Position numbers and translations under genes: made by a program
Assembly: GCF_004010195.1 (NCBI RefSeq)
Contig: NC_057718.1
Span: 5,526,701-5,579,557 of the forward strand
Source: Chiloscyllium plagiosum
Taxonomy: Eukaryota
Direction of reading: 5' to 3'
Length of the DNA stretch: 52,857 nucleotides
Part shown: positions 11,463 to 22,530 of the stretch, in pieces
How positions within the stretch are numbered: position 1 is the first letter of the stretch
Layout of the letters: each line of letters begins with the position of its first letter
The notes under the pieces: model-generated
The model's database searches: none
What the model was told of the DNA's origin: nothing
The model's input: the letters and a program-made list of their open reading frames with translations, nothing else

Positions 11463-11817
11463 GAAATTCATTCATGGGATGAGAGTGTTGCTGGCTAAGT
11501 CAGCGTTAATGCACATCCCTAATTACCCAGAGGGCAGTTAAGAGCCAACCAAATTGCAGTGGGTCTGGAGTCACATGGAGGCAAGACCAGGTAAGGATGG
11601 CAGTTTCCTTCCTTAAAGGGCATTGGTGAACCAGAGGGATTTCCCAACAATCGGTTCATGGTCATCATTAGACTCTTGATTCCAGGTTTTCTTTTTGCTG
11701 AATTCAAATTGAAATTCCCATATCTGCCGTGATCGGATTTGAACCTCAGTCCACAGATGATTACTTGTACCTCTGGATTAATAGCCCAGTGATAATACCA
11801 CTGGGCTGTTGCCTCCC
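11463..11817 (-). mobile_element. tRNA-derived SINE, family 2, full length
   Basis: Reverse complement of the family-2 head (ggggaggcaacagcccagtggtattatc), body and tail. Confidence 0.85.
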
Positions 11818-12094
11818 CTTTATCACAGGGGCAGTGCACTGGTCAGTGAGAAGAATACATATTTATTCTCGTACAGTATGTCAACATTTCTGGAAAACCA
11901 ACCACTTTTTGCCCATCTGTATTGGTCCTTGAACTGAATGGCTTCCTGGGCCATTTCAGGAAGCAACTAATCCATTGCTATGGATGTGGAGTCCAAACCT
12001 GATGGAAGGACATTAGCGAACCTGATACGTTTTTGTGGGAATTGATGGGAGTATTGTGGACAATAGCTTTACATTACAGATTTATTCTGAAGTG

Positions 12095-12332
12095 TGGCAG
12101 AATTTCTTGAGCCACTGAGTAATAAATCTGTGAAACTCATTGCCACAGAAGGCTGTGGAGGCCAAGTCAATGAATGTATTGAAGACAGAGATAGATTCTT
12201 GATTGATATGGGGTTCAAAGGTTACAGGGTGAAGGCAGGAGAACAGGGTTAAGAAACAAATCAGACATGATCAAATGACAGAACAGACTTGATGAGCCGA
12301 ATGGCCTAATTCTGCTCCTGTACCCTGTGGTG
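12095..12332 (+). mobile_element. CR1 LINE 3' end
   Basis: ctgtgaaactcattgccacagaaggctgtggaggcc...gaatggcctaattctgctcct terminal pattern. Confidence 0.8.
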
Positions 12333-13159
12333 TTATTTAATTGCAATTAAATTTCAGCTGCTGTCACAGTGTGATTTGAACTCATATCCCCAGAGAATTA
12401 GCCTGGCACTCATGATTATTAATCTAATGAGATTACCACAACATCACCATCTCTCCAACTAGGATACCATAACCAGGGAAGTGGGAGGTGAGTGGCGGGA
12501 GATAATGGTAAGGTGGTGGTGAGCTAGACCATAGCAAAACGATAGATCTCATTACTTGAGCACACTGCCGTCTTACAATGCACAACCATAAACTCAACTC
12601 TTTTCTAGCAGAAAAACCTGGAACTACCATTACAATAAGGGCTTCAGTTAAGCAACGGATTCCAATTATTCTGCTGCAAGACCCAACAATTCTGTAACAA
12701 TGCTAAAATTAACCTTCAATTCCAATCTTCAAGCTTCCCGTGGCTCCCTTCACTGAGAAATGATTCTGTAACCAAGAGTTGAATAATGACATGCCCTGAC
12801 ATCTTCCAACCACAGTACTGAGATGGCACTTTTCATGGAGGCAGTATTTCAAATCTGTACAGTGTCAGTGTTCAGAAATAATCGCATGCTGGGAGAGGCA
12901 TTGGCCTTACGGAGGTGGAACACATTAAAAATTTATTCCAAGTCTTGTACAATGAAAGATTAATTAGTCAATCACCTGTTTCTAAAGGCAAAAAGGAAAG
13001 AATCTGTAGTTACATGGCCATTCATGACATCAGCACATTTAAAGTCAATAAAATAATGTTTTAAGGGTAATTACTGTGGTAATGTAGAAAACACAGCTTT
13101 CAATTCAGGCAAAGCAAACTCCTTGAAGCAGCTACAGTATATTGATCAGTTTATCTTTC

Positions 13160-13310
13160 TTAGAATCATAGAATCTCTACAGTGCGGAAGCAGGTCATTC
13201 AGCCCATCGAGTCCACACCGACCCTCCAAAATGCATCCAACCCAGATCCTGCATCCTACCCTATGCCTGCATTTCCCATGGCTAATCCACCTAGCCTGCA
13301 TATTCCTGGG
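13160..13310 (-). mobile_element. HE1-type SINE 3' part
   Basis: Reverse complement of the HE1 tail region shared with 23035-23200. Confidence 0.7.
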
Positions 13311-13336
13311 CACGATAGATAATTTCAATCGATAGA

Positions 13337-13461
13337 TAGAAAGTGAGGACTGCAGATGCTGGAGATCAGAGTCGAGAGTGTAGTGTTGGAAAAACACAGC
13401 AGGTCAGGCAGTATCCAAGGAGCAGGAGTATTGACGTTTCGGGTAAAAGCCCTTCATCAGG
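13337..13461 (-). mobile_element. solo family-B PLE terminal repeat with hammerhead-like core
   Basis: Minus strand starts cCTGATGAaGGGcttttaCCCGAAACGTC and continues as the family-B repeat. Confidence 0.85.
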
Positions 13462-13754
13462 CCTCCATAACTGATAAAGAGTATGAGTGCTGTTTTTGTT
13501 TACCCCTACAGAGTTAATTAATTGTGTTCAATATTCTCACCATGATCAGATATCATTAAAATACATTTTACTACATTTATGTCCTTATTTGTTCCTGTTT
13601 GTGCTTTTCAAGTATCTCAATGAGTGTTAAGGTTCGGAATACTGCTATCTATCTCCAAGCTCAAATTAATCAACTTTGCATGCCTGAACCAAATATTTGA
13701 AGATCACTTTGAAGCTTTAAATTGCAATTATATTAAAGTGTTTTTATCATTTCC

Positions 13755-14100
13755 CTTCTGAGTCCAAAGGTAATAGGTTCAAGTCCCACTCCTGACACCT
13801 AAACACATAATTTGGACTGACACTCCAGTGCAGAACTGAGGGAGTGCTGCATTGTTGGAGGTGCTGCCTTTCAGGCGAGGTGTTAAACTGTCTGTCATAT
13901 CGGGTAGATTTAAAGATTCCATGACAAATTTTAAGAAGAGCAAGGTAGTTATCCCCAGCACCCTATCCAACATCCCTAAAAACCATCTTGGTCATTATCT
14001 CACTGGCATGTGCTGGATCTTGCTGTGCACAAGTTGGACTGACATTAATGTATTTTGGTAACTCCTGAGTTGAAAATTGCTGCATAAATGCAAGCGTCCC
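13755..14100 (+). mobile_element. DeuSINE (SacSINE1/AmnSINE-like), near full length
   Basis: Box B ggttcaagtccc, then tgagggagtgctgcattgttggaggtgctgcctttcag...gttaaac Deu-like domain and ataaatgcaag tail. Confidence 0.75.
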
Positions 14101-14376
14101 TTTTGTTTCCTGCTGCAGCCATGCTGCATCACTCCAATGCTTGAATTCCTGTGATCATCAGTTGTCCCCATCCAAAGCCAAAGCGGACTCTTTCTGTATC
14201 AATTAAAGATAAGATATTGCAAGTGTAAGCTTTCAATAGCAGGTTCTCACTGATCCATTAATGTGGGATGTTGACTTGTTGATAAATCAATATCTTGGAT
14301 AGAGCTCATCAACCAAGATCTCCTTCATGAGGACCAGAGTACAAGGCCAAAGGGACATGACGGTGGACCATCCTGT

Positions 14377-14687
14377 AGATTAGATTACTTACAGTGTGGA
14401 AACAGGCCCTTCAGTCCAACAAGTCCACACTGACCAGCCGAAGCGCACCCAACCAGACCCATTCCCCTACATTTACCCCTGCACCTAGCACTACGGGCAA
14501 TTTAGCATGGTCAAGTCACGTAACCTGCACATTTTTGGACTGTGGGAGGAAACCGGAGCACCTGGAGGAAACCCACACAGACACGGGGAGAATGTGCAAA
14601 TTCCACATAGTTACCTGAGGCGGGAATTGAACCCGGGTCTCTGGTGCTGTGAGGCAGCAGTGCTAACCATTGTGCCACCGTGCCGCC
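14377..14687 (-). mobile_element. HE1-type SINE, full length
   Basis: Minus strand starts ggcggcacggtggcacaatggttagcactgctgcctcacagc; A and B boxes intact. Confidence 0.9.
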
Positions 14688-15339
14688 CACTGTACTGTAC
14701 AGTACTGTTCTGTGTGTCCTGTGGACTCTCAATTAGCAATGATTCTTATTATGCAAACTACCCCTGTAACGTGAAGCAGAAGTGTTCAGCCAAATACTTC
14801 TTTTGAGTCCACTATGAGATTGATGTATTGATTGACTGAGGTTGCTACTCTGAGGCACTTACCTTCAACTAAACTAACAGCACCTGTCTCAATCTCCTTC
14901 CCTTGTTCTGAAATTCTAGGAGAAGCTAAGTGGGTGATTTTGAAAAAAGCAGTACTCGGTCTTTCTGAAGCTCAGCTCAGATGCCAGGTAAGTGGGTCTC
15001 AGAACAATTCCTACAAGTACACTCATAATCAAAGAAGAGTTGCCTTGGAAACCAGATGCTTTGAGGTTGACAAGGTTCATTCAAAGAGTTGGTTAACCCT
15101 TTGCTCACCACATGGCCCCATTCGTAATCCCTCCTTTCAGAATCCAATGAGTTGTGTTTGCTTGCTGGAGATTTGTTTGGCCTTAACAAGCATCCAGCCC
15201 ATTGTAAGATCACTCTGAAGTGACTAAATTATTAATAGGCCCCTGTAGCTGGTCGACTCATCAGACAACTGAAGCCCAGCAAAGATGACATTGGTCTTTT
15301 TTTTACATTTGGGGTGAATCAGCGTTGACATAGAGCGAA

Positions 15340-15530
15340 AGATGATGGGGTTGGGGGCGGTGAAGGATTAGGATGGTGAGTTGGAGGTGAGGGAGGGATG
15401 GGTTGAGGGGTGCATATATAGGGTGAAGAATTGCGGGGGATCTGGGAGTGAGGGAATAGGAGTAGGGATTTAGGCAGTGATTGTGGGGGGGGATTGAAGG
15501 GTGGAAGATGAAGGGGTGAGGGGGACTGTT
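15340..15530 (+). repeat. G-rich low-complexity tract
   Basis: Many GGG(G) runs, almost no C; G-quadruplex potential. Confidence 0.75.
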
Positions 15531-15649
15531 TGGAGTTGCAAATTAAGCTGGGCCGATTGAGTGAGAGTGATCAGATGTCATTGAATATTTTTAAGGCAGT
15601 GGTAGTTAGGTTGTTGTGAGGCAAGTGAAATCAAACATTGTCACGGATA

Positions 15650-15859
15650 CAGACAGTTCTCCTATAACACGGTAGGTCCATTCTCGTGCAATCCTGTATT
15701 ATAAGAAAATCGCACAATTGCAAACCATAATGGGGATGGAATCATGTTATAACCAATACACACATTAAAAGTTTGCACTTTAGAAACAGTGTCCCCATTC
15801 TTTTATCACGTCATAGCGAATTCACAGTAACAAAATGCACATTATAGCAGAATGACCTG
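15650..15859. mobile_element. non-autonomous DNA transposon (Tc1/mariner-pogo-like MITE)
   Basis: TIRs cagacagttctcctataa / ttatagcagaatgacctg, TA on the left; homologous to 28125-28337 and 37893-38080. Confidence 0.75.
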
Positions 15860-16029
15860 GAAATGAGAACGCAAAATTCAAATCACAAATAAATCAACTG
15901 TGGTCTTATTGACTGCAGGAGCAGGGTTGAGGGCTGCATGGTCTTCTCGTGTTCTCGGATAGTATGTGTATATGTTTGTACAAGCATTTCTGACAAAAGT
16001 GTAACTAAAATAGATCTAACTGAACATCC

Positions 16030-16235
16030 AACGATGTGCAGGTTAGATGGATAAGCCACATTAAGTTGCCCAGTAGTCTCCAGTGATGTGCAGATTAGAT
16101 GGATTTGCCATGGGAAATGCAGGGTTATAAGGATTGGATCAGGGAGACTGGGCCCTAGTAGCATCCTCTACATAGGATCAGTGCAGACTTGATGAGCTGA
16201 ATGGCCTCTTTCTGTACTGTAGGGGTTCTATAATT
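16030..16235 (+). mobile_element. HE1-type SINE 3' half
   Basis: gatgtgcaggttag...ttgcccagtag...ctgtactgtaggggttcta. Confidence 0.7.
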
Positions 16236-16344
16236 CTATTAATGTCAGAGGAAAGCTCAAAGGGATGAACGGTGTGCTCCTGTTTCCAGGTCTCTGCTTC
16301 CTGGGACAGACTCGAATGGGTATGAATGTCTAACCATCCCCTGC

Positions 16345-16585
16345 AAGTTCCCCTCCGAACCACTCACCATCCTGACTTGGAAATATACCAACATTCCTTT
16401 ACTGTTGCTGGGTCAAAATCCTGGAATACCCTCCCTTGTGGGCATTGTGGGTCTACTACAGCATGTGGACTGCAATGGTTCAAAAAGGCAGATCACCAAA
16501 ACCTTCTCAAGGGCAACTAGGGATGGATAATAAATGCTGGTCCAGCCAGCGACATCCACATCCCATGAGTGAATTAAAAAAAAAC
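16345..16585 (+). mobile_element. 3' end of a CR1/L2-group LINE sharing its tail with SINE family 2
   Basis: SWNTLP...GLQWFKK..H..LLKGN* followed by gggatggataataaatgctggtccagccagcgac...catcccatga tail. Confidence 0.75.
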
Positions 16586-16698
16586 GGTCCCTACTCATCA
16601 TGGTATCGTCGGCAAGTTTAGCAACCATACAATCAATCCTTTCATCCAAGTTTAAAAATTGATGCTCCATACTATATGCATGACATATCGTATTTACA

Positions 16699-16896
16699 GC
16701 TGAAAATGTGTTGCTGGAAAAGCGCAGCAGGTCAGGCAGCATCCAAGGAACAGGAGAATCGACGTTTCGGGCATAAGCCCTCCTTATGCCCGAAACGTCG
16801 ATTCTCCTGTTTCTTGGATGCTGCCTGACCTGCTGCGCTTTTCCAGCAACACATTTTCAGCTCTGATCTCCAGCACCTGCAGCCCTCACTTTCTCT
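16699..16896 (+). mobile_element. family-B PLE terminal-repeat fold-back
   Basis: ~78-bp near-perfect inverted arms; 15-bp TSD catatcRtatttaca at 16684-16698 and 16897-16911. Confidence 0.92.
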
Positions 16897-17157
16897 CATA
16901 TCATATTTACATCCTGCCAATCTGAAAGAATCCTTTTATGCTAACTCTCTCTGCTACCTCAGCTAACCAATCTCTATCCATACTAATTTGCAATGCCATG
17001 AACTCTTATCTTTTGGAGCAACCTTTGATGTGGCATTTTGTCAAATGCCTTCTGGAAATTGACTGGTTCAACATGCACTGGTTCCCATTTATCTACATTG
17101 CTTGTTGTTTCCTCAAAGAACTCTGCTAAATTTATCAAACATGATTTCCTTTCACAA

Positions 17158-18918
17158 TTCCCTACTGACGTCCAGGTCTGAGGTGTTCAAGTTGGGTGAC
17201 CCTGACCTATACAGGAAATCCAGGTATGACCCTCACACCAAGAGGCAATGCCAAACTAAGTTTGAGTCCCAGACAAACCATATGGACACCAGTTGTTAAG
17301 CCAGTGGATAAATAATAAATTGCAATGTACGGCTGCATTTCCTTCCCAGGAAATGGTAGTCCCAGATGCCAAATGCCACATTGACACAACTGTGCACTAT
17401 CGTACAATAAAACCTGAAATAAAGTTTGGTATAATCATTAGATGATTGAAAACGTTCATGAACATAATGAGCTAAAAGGTGAAGTCAAATAGAATCACAG
17501 GCACACAATACACCCGTCTCCGGTGAGCTCAGTGCATTCTACGCTCACTTTGAAACAATGTCACCTATCTCAACAACCTCGGTTGCATGTGTACCCACGG
17601 TGACCTCCCTAGACGTAAGATCAGCCTTCTTAAGGGTGAACCCACAAAAAGCTGCCGTTCCAGGTGAATTCCCCGGCTGTGCACTCAGATCATGTGAAGA
17701 CCAGCTGGTGGAACATTCACTGACATCTTCAACCTCTCCTCACTACAATCTGAAGTCCCCACCAGCTTCAAGAAGACCATTATCATGTTGGTGTCAAAGG
17801 AAAATCATGCAGCGTGCCTCAATGACTATCACCTGGTGGTTCTGAAATCCATAACTACAAAGAGCTTTGAGAAGTTGGTCATGGCTCATAATAACTGCCC
17901 TTGGTCCCTTGCAATTCACCCACTGGCGCAAAGGTCCACAGCAGATGTCATCTCCGCAGCCCTACACTCATCCCTGGAACATTTGGATAACAAGGAAACC
18001 TACATCAGGCTCCAACTTACTAACTACAGCTCTACTTTCAACATTATAATTCCAAACAACCCTAGGCCTCTGCTCCCAGCTCTGTAAGTGGATCTTTGAC
18101 TTCCTGACCAATAGACTGCAGTCAGTAAGTACAGTTGACAACACCTTCTCTACAATAATCCTCAACACCAGTACCCCGCAAGGCTGAGGACTCAGCCGCC
18201 TACTATAATCCTTATACACAAATGACTGTGTGGCCAAATTCTACTCCAAGTCAATTCACAAGTCTGCTGATGACACTATCATTGTAGGTTGGATCTCAAA
18301 CAACAATGAGATGGAGTCCAGGAAGGAAATAGAGTGCTTAACCACTAGATGTATAGAGAACAATCTCTCCATCAACATCAGCAAAGTGAAAGTCTTTGAC
18401 TTCAGGAAGTGGAGTGGGGGGCACACCCCTCTCTGTATCAATGGAGATGAGGTGGAGATGGTCGAGAGCTTCAAGTTTGTGGGAGTGACGATCACCAACA
18501 ATCTGTCCTGGGCCACCCACACTATGGTCAAGAAAACACAACAATGTCTCCAGTTTTTCAGGAGACTAAGGAAATTCAGCATGTCCATAAAGACTTACAA
18601 ATTGTTTTACATGCACTATTGCCAGCATCCTAACTAGATACATCACAGCGCATTTTGACAACTGCTCTTTCCAAGACTGAAAGAAACTGCAGAGAGTTGT
18701 GAACGTAGCCCTGTCCATCACGCAAACCAGCCTTCCATCCACTGACTTCATCTACACTTCCTGCTGTCTCAACCAACATAATCAAAGACCCCTCCCATCC
18801 CACCTCTTCCATCCTCTTCCATTGGGCAGAAGATACAAAAGTTTGAATGCATGTACAAACAGATTCAAGAACAGCTTCTTCCCCACTGTTATCAGACTTT
18901 TGAACGGGCCTCTTTATT
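17158..18918 (+). mobile_element. Rex1/Babar-type LINE, decayed RT and C-terminus
   Basis: ACLNDYHLVVL, RSTADVIS.ALH, KSADDT, FKFVGVTITNNLSW, PLPLGRRYKS...RFKNSFFP. Confidence 0.85.
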
Positions 18919-18974
18919 GAGGAGAAGGTGAGGACTACAGATGTTGGAAATCAGAGTTGAGAATGTGGTGCTCT

Positions 18975-19700
18975 AGGAAGGACTTTGACAGGTCCTAACA
19001 GCTCCCTAATGCCAGGCTGATAGAAAAGATGACGTCACATGGGATCTGCAGTGACTTGTTTTGCTGGATACAGAACTGGCTTTGTCATATAAGACAGAGA
19101 GTAGCTCTGGAAGAGTGTCTTTCTGACCGGAGATCTGTGACCAGTGCTATTCTGCAGGAATCATCACTGGGGACACCTGATGTTTGTAATATATATAAAT
19201 GATTTGGAGAAGAAGATAGGTGGTCTGATTGGTAAGTTTGCAGACAACACAAAGATTGACGAGCTGTGGATAGTGAAAAGCATTGTTGGAGGATACAGCA
19301 GAATATAGATAGGCTGGAGAGTTGGCTGGAGAAATGGCAGATTTTATTTTATCTGGACAAATATGAGGTGATGCACTTTGGAAGATTTAATGCCATAGGA
19401 AAGTATACAATGAATGGCAGAATTTTAGTAGCATCAATTTATAGCAGGCTCTAGGCAGACAAGTCCACAGTTCCCTGAAAATGGCAACACAAGTGGATAA
19501 GATGGTCAAGAAGGCATATGGCATGCTTGCCTTCATTGATCATGGGACAGCATACAAAAATCAGAAACTCATGTTGCACCTGTATGGAAGTTTAGTTAGA
19601 AGAATATGGACTGAACAGAGACAAAGATTTTTAGTTTAGAAAGGCATCATGTGTTGCTGCAATTTTGGTGGGTCAAAGGGCCTGTTCCTGTGTGTATTTC
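18975..19700 (+). mobile_element. CR1 LINE RT fragment with deletion, joined to 3' tail
   Basis: YINDL, KFADNTKI, WLEKWQ..F..DKYEVMHFGR. Confidence 0.85.
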
Positions 19701-19863
19701 TTCTTTACTTCTTTAGATAAGTGAGAGGTGATCCTGTTGAAACATATAAGATTCTTAGGGTGGGCTTTTCACATTGTAGATTTTTAAATTTTTTTAGAAT
19801 TCATTCATGGATTTTCCGTATCACTGACTAGGCCTGCATTTATTGCCTACAGGACACTTAAGA

Positions 19864-20369
19864 ATCTTTTTTAAATGTTGTAATTGTACCAATCTCCACC
19901 AGTTCCTCTGGCAGCTCATTCCATACATGCACCACCCTTTGTGTGAGAAAGTTGCCCCTTAGGCCCCTTTTAAATCTTTCCCCTCTCACCCGAAACCTAT
20001 GCCTTCCAGTTCTTAACTCACCCACCTCAGGGAAAATACCTTGTCTATTGACACAACACCAGGTTATAGTCCAACAGGTTTAATTGGAAGCACTAGCTTT
20101 TGGAGCGCTGCTCCTGTATCAGGTGGTTGTGGACAACCACATGATGAAGGAGCAGTGCTGTGGACCTGGTGTTGTGTGATTTTTAACTTTGTACACCCTA
20201 GTCCAACTGGCATCTCCAAGTCTTGTCTATTTACCCTATCCATGCCACTCATGATTTTACAAACCTCTATGAGGTCACCCCTCAGCCTCTGACAATGTAG
20301 GATATTTGGTCCGCATGGACAAGTTGGACTGAAGGATCAGTTTCTATGCTGTACATCTCTATGACTCTA
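19864..20369 (+). mobile_element. CR1 3' fragment with 5' inversion
   Basis: 19864-20297 is antisense CR1; 20298-20369 is the sense terminal tail ending ctctatgactcta. Confidence 0.78.
20051..20220 (+). mobile_element. family-A PLE terminal-repeat fold-back inside CR1
   Basis: Inverted arms around ggtggttgtggacaaccac; TSD cttgtctatt at 20040-20049 and 20222-20231. Confidence 0.88.
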
Positions 20370-20639
20370 AGAGCAACCACAATGCGAGGATCTGGAGTTA
20401 CATGTGGGCCAGACCAGGTAAAGATGGCAGTTTCCTTCCCTAAAGGACATTAATGAACTTAAATGGGTTTTTCTTGATAATTGACAATGAATTCATAGAT
20501 ATCATTAGACTTCTATTTCTAGATTTTTTTATTGAATTCAATTTGGTGGAATTGTGGGATTCAAACCCAGGTCCCCAGGACATTATCTGGATCAACAGTC
20601 TAGCAATAACACCAATACACCATCGTCTTCCCATAACAA

Positions 20640-20966
20640 GAAGTTTCCCCTTGTGGAAGAATCTAGGACCAAAAGGAATAATCTCAGAGTAAGAGGTCAT
20701 CAATGTAAGACAATGATGAGGAGGAATTCTTTCTCTCAGAGAGGGTATTGAATCTATGAAATTCTTTACCACAGAGGGCTGTTGAGTTTGGGTCATTAAA
20801 TATATTCAAGGCTGAAATCAACAGATTTTTAATCAGAAAAGGAATTAAGGGTGATGGGGATAAGGCAGGAAAGTGAGGTTAAGGATTATCAGATCAGCCA
20901 TGATCGCATTAAAATAGTGGAGCAAATTCAATGGGCTGAATGGCCAACTTCCGCTTTACATTTTAT
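20640..20966 (+). mobile_element. CR1 LINE 3' end
   Basis: RRNSFSQR motif and atcagccatgatc...gggctgaatggcc tail. Confidence 0.82.
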
Positions 20967-22530
20967 GGAGGAGAAAGTGAGGACTGCAGATGCTGGAGAT
21001 CAGAGTTGAAATGTGTGATGCTGGAAAAGCACAGCAGGTCAGGCAGCGTCCGAGGAGCAGGAGAGTCGACATTTCGAGCATGACATCTTCATCAGGAATG
21101 AGAGGATGGCTCAAGTTTTGTTTGGGATTATGTCCGGCATGTACTGGTTGGACTGAATGGTCTGTTTCTATGCTGTATGACTCTAAGGTGGGGAGGTGAT
21201 GGTGATAGGTCAGATGGGAGGGTGAAGCGGATAGGTGAGACGAAAGATGGACATGGTAGGACTGTTCAAGAGGGCGGTGCCGAGTTGGAAGGTTGGGTCT
21301 AGGATAAGGTGGGGGGAAAGAAGATGAGGAAACTGGTGAAATTAACATTGATCCCGTATGGTTGGAGAATCCCAAGGAGAAGATGAGGCGCTCTTCCTCC
21401 AAGTGTTGGGAGGCTAGAGTTTGACAGTGGAGGAGGCCTGGGACTTGGATTGGGAGGGGGAGTGAAAGTGTTCAGCCACAGGGCAGTGGGGTTGTGTACT
21501 GCATGTGTTCCAGAGACATCCTCTGAAACATTGCACAAGTTGGCATCCTGCCTCCCACATCGAGAGGAGACCACATCGAGAGCAACGGACACAGTAGATG
21601 ACGTGTGGAAGTACAGGTAAATCTCTGTCGGATGTGGAAGGATCCTTTGGGGCTAAGGGTGAGGTGAGGGGAAGGTGTTGGCGCAGGTTTTGCACTTCTG
21701 TGGTGGCAGAGAAAGGTGCTAGGAGTGGAGGGTGGGTTGGTAGAGGGACATGGACCTAACAAGGGAGTCGCAGAGGGAATGGTCTCTGCGGAACACAGAT
21801 GGTGGTGGGGAGGGAAATATATCTGTGGTGGTAGGGTCTGATGTAGATGGCAGAAATGGCAGAGGATGATATGTTTTATCCAGAGTTTGGTGGGGTGGTA
21901 GGTGAGGACCAGTGGGTGTCTGTCCTTGTTGCGAGTGGAGGTACGGGGAGTGGAGGAGATGCACTAGAAGGCATTGTCGACCATGTGGGAGGGGAAGTTG
22001 TGGTCCTTGAAGAAGGAGACCATCTGGGATGTTCTATGATGGAACTGGTCCTCCTGGGAGCAAATGCAGCAGAGGCGGAGGAATTGGGAGTAAGGGATAG
22101 CATTTTTACAGGAGGTAGGGTTGGAGGAGGTGTAGTCCAGGTAGCTGTGCAACGCGGTGGGTTTGAAATAGATGTCCATGTTGTCGTCCACAGGAAATGG
22201 AAATGAGGAGTTCTAGGGAGGAGAGGGAAGTGTCTGGGATGGACCAGGTGAACTTGAGGTCAGGGTAGAATGCTTTAGTGAAGTTGATGAACTGTTCAAC
22301 CTCCTCATTGGAGCACGAGGCGGTGCCAATGCAATCATCGATTTTGCGGAGGAAAAGGTGGGGGATGGTGCCGGTGTAACTGCGGAAGATGGACTGTTCC
22401 ACATACCCGACAAAGAAGCAGGCATAGCTGGGGACCATGCTGGTGCCCATGGCTACCCCTTTGGTGTGGAGGAAGTGGGAGAATTCGACGGAGAAATTGT
22501 TGAGGATGAGGACCAGTTCAGCCAATCAAA
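20967..22530 (-). mobile_element. Penelope-like element (family B), 5'-truncated: RT, GIY-YIG endonuclease, terminal repeat
   Basis: LVLILNNF..TKGVAMGT..LRKIDDCIG; YFKPT.LHSYLDYTS..CKNAIPYSQFLRL; HVIYCVRCSRCGLL; EERLIFSLG; terminal repeat 20967-21097. A short CR1 tail is inserted at ~21105-21185. Confidence 0.92.

Larger units (their letters stand above)
19795..20620 (-). mobile_element. SINE family 2, split by a CR1 insertion
   Basis: Tail at 19795-19863 and body/head at 20370-20620 join into one element. Confidence 0.75.

Noticed and set aside
14600..14687. tRNA gene
   Set aside because: The A and B boxes belong to the tRNA-derived head of an HE1-type SINE and continue into SINE body.
16699..16896. 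Fold-backs as DNA-transposon MITEs or miRNA genes
   Set aside because: Arms are asymmetric, TSD lengths vary (10-15 bp) and the sequence is the terminus of an RT/GIY-YIG element; there is no evidence for miRNA processing.
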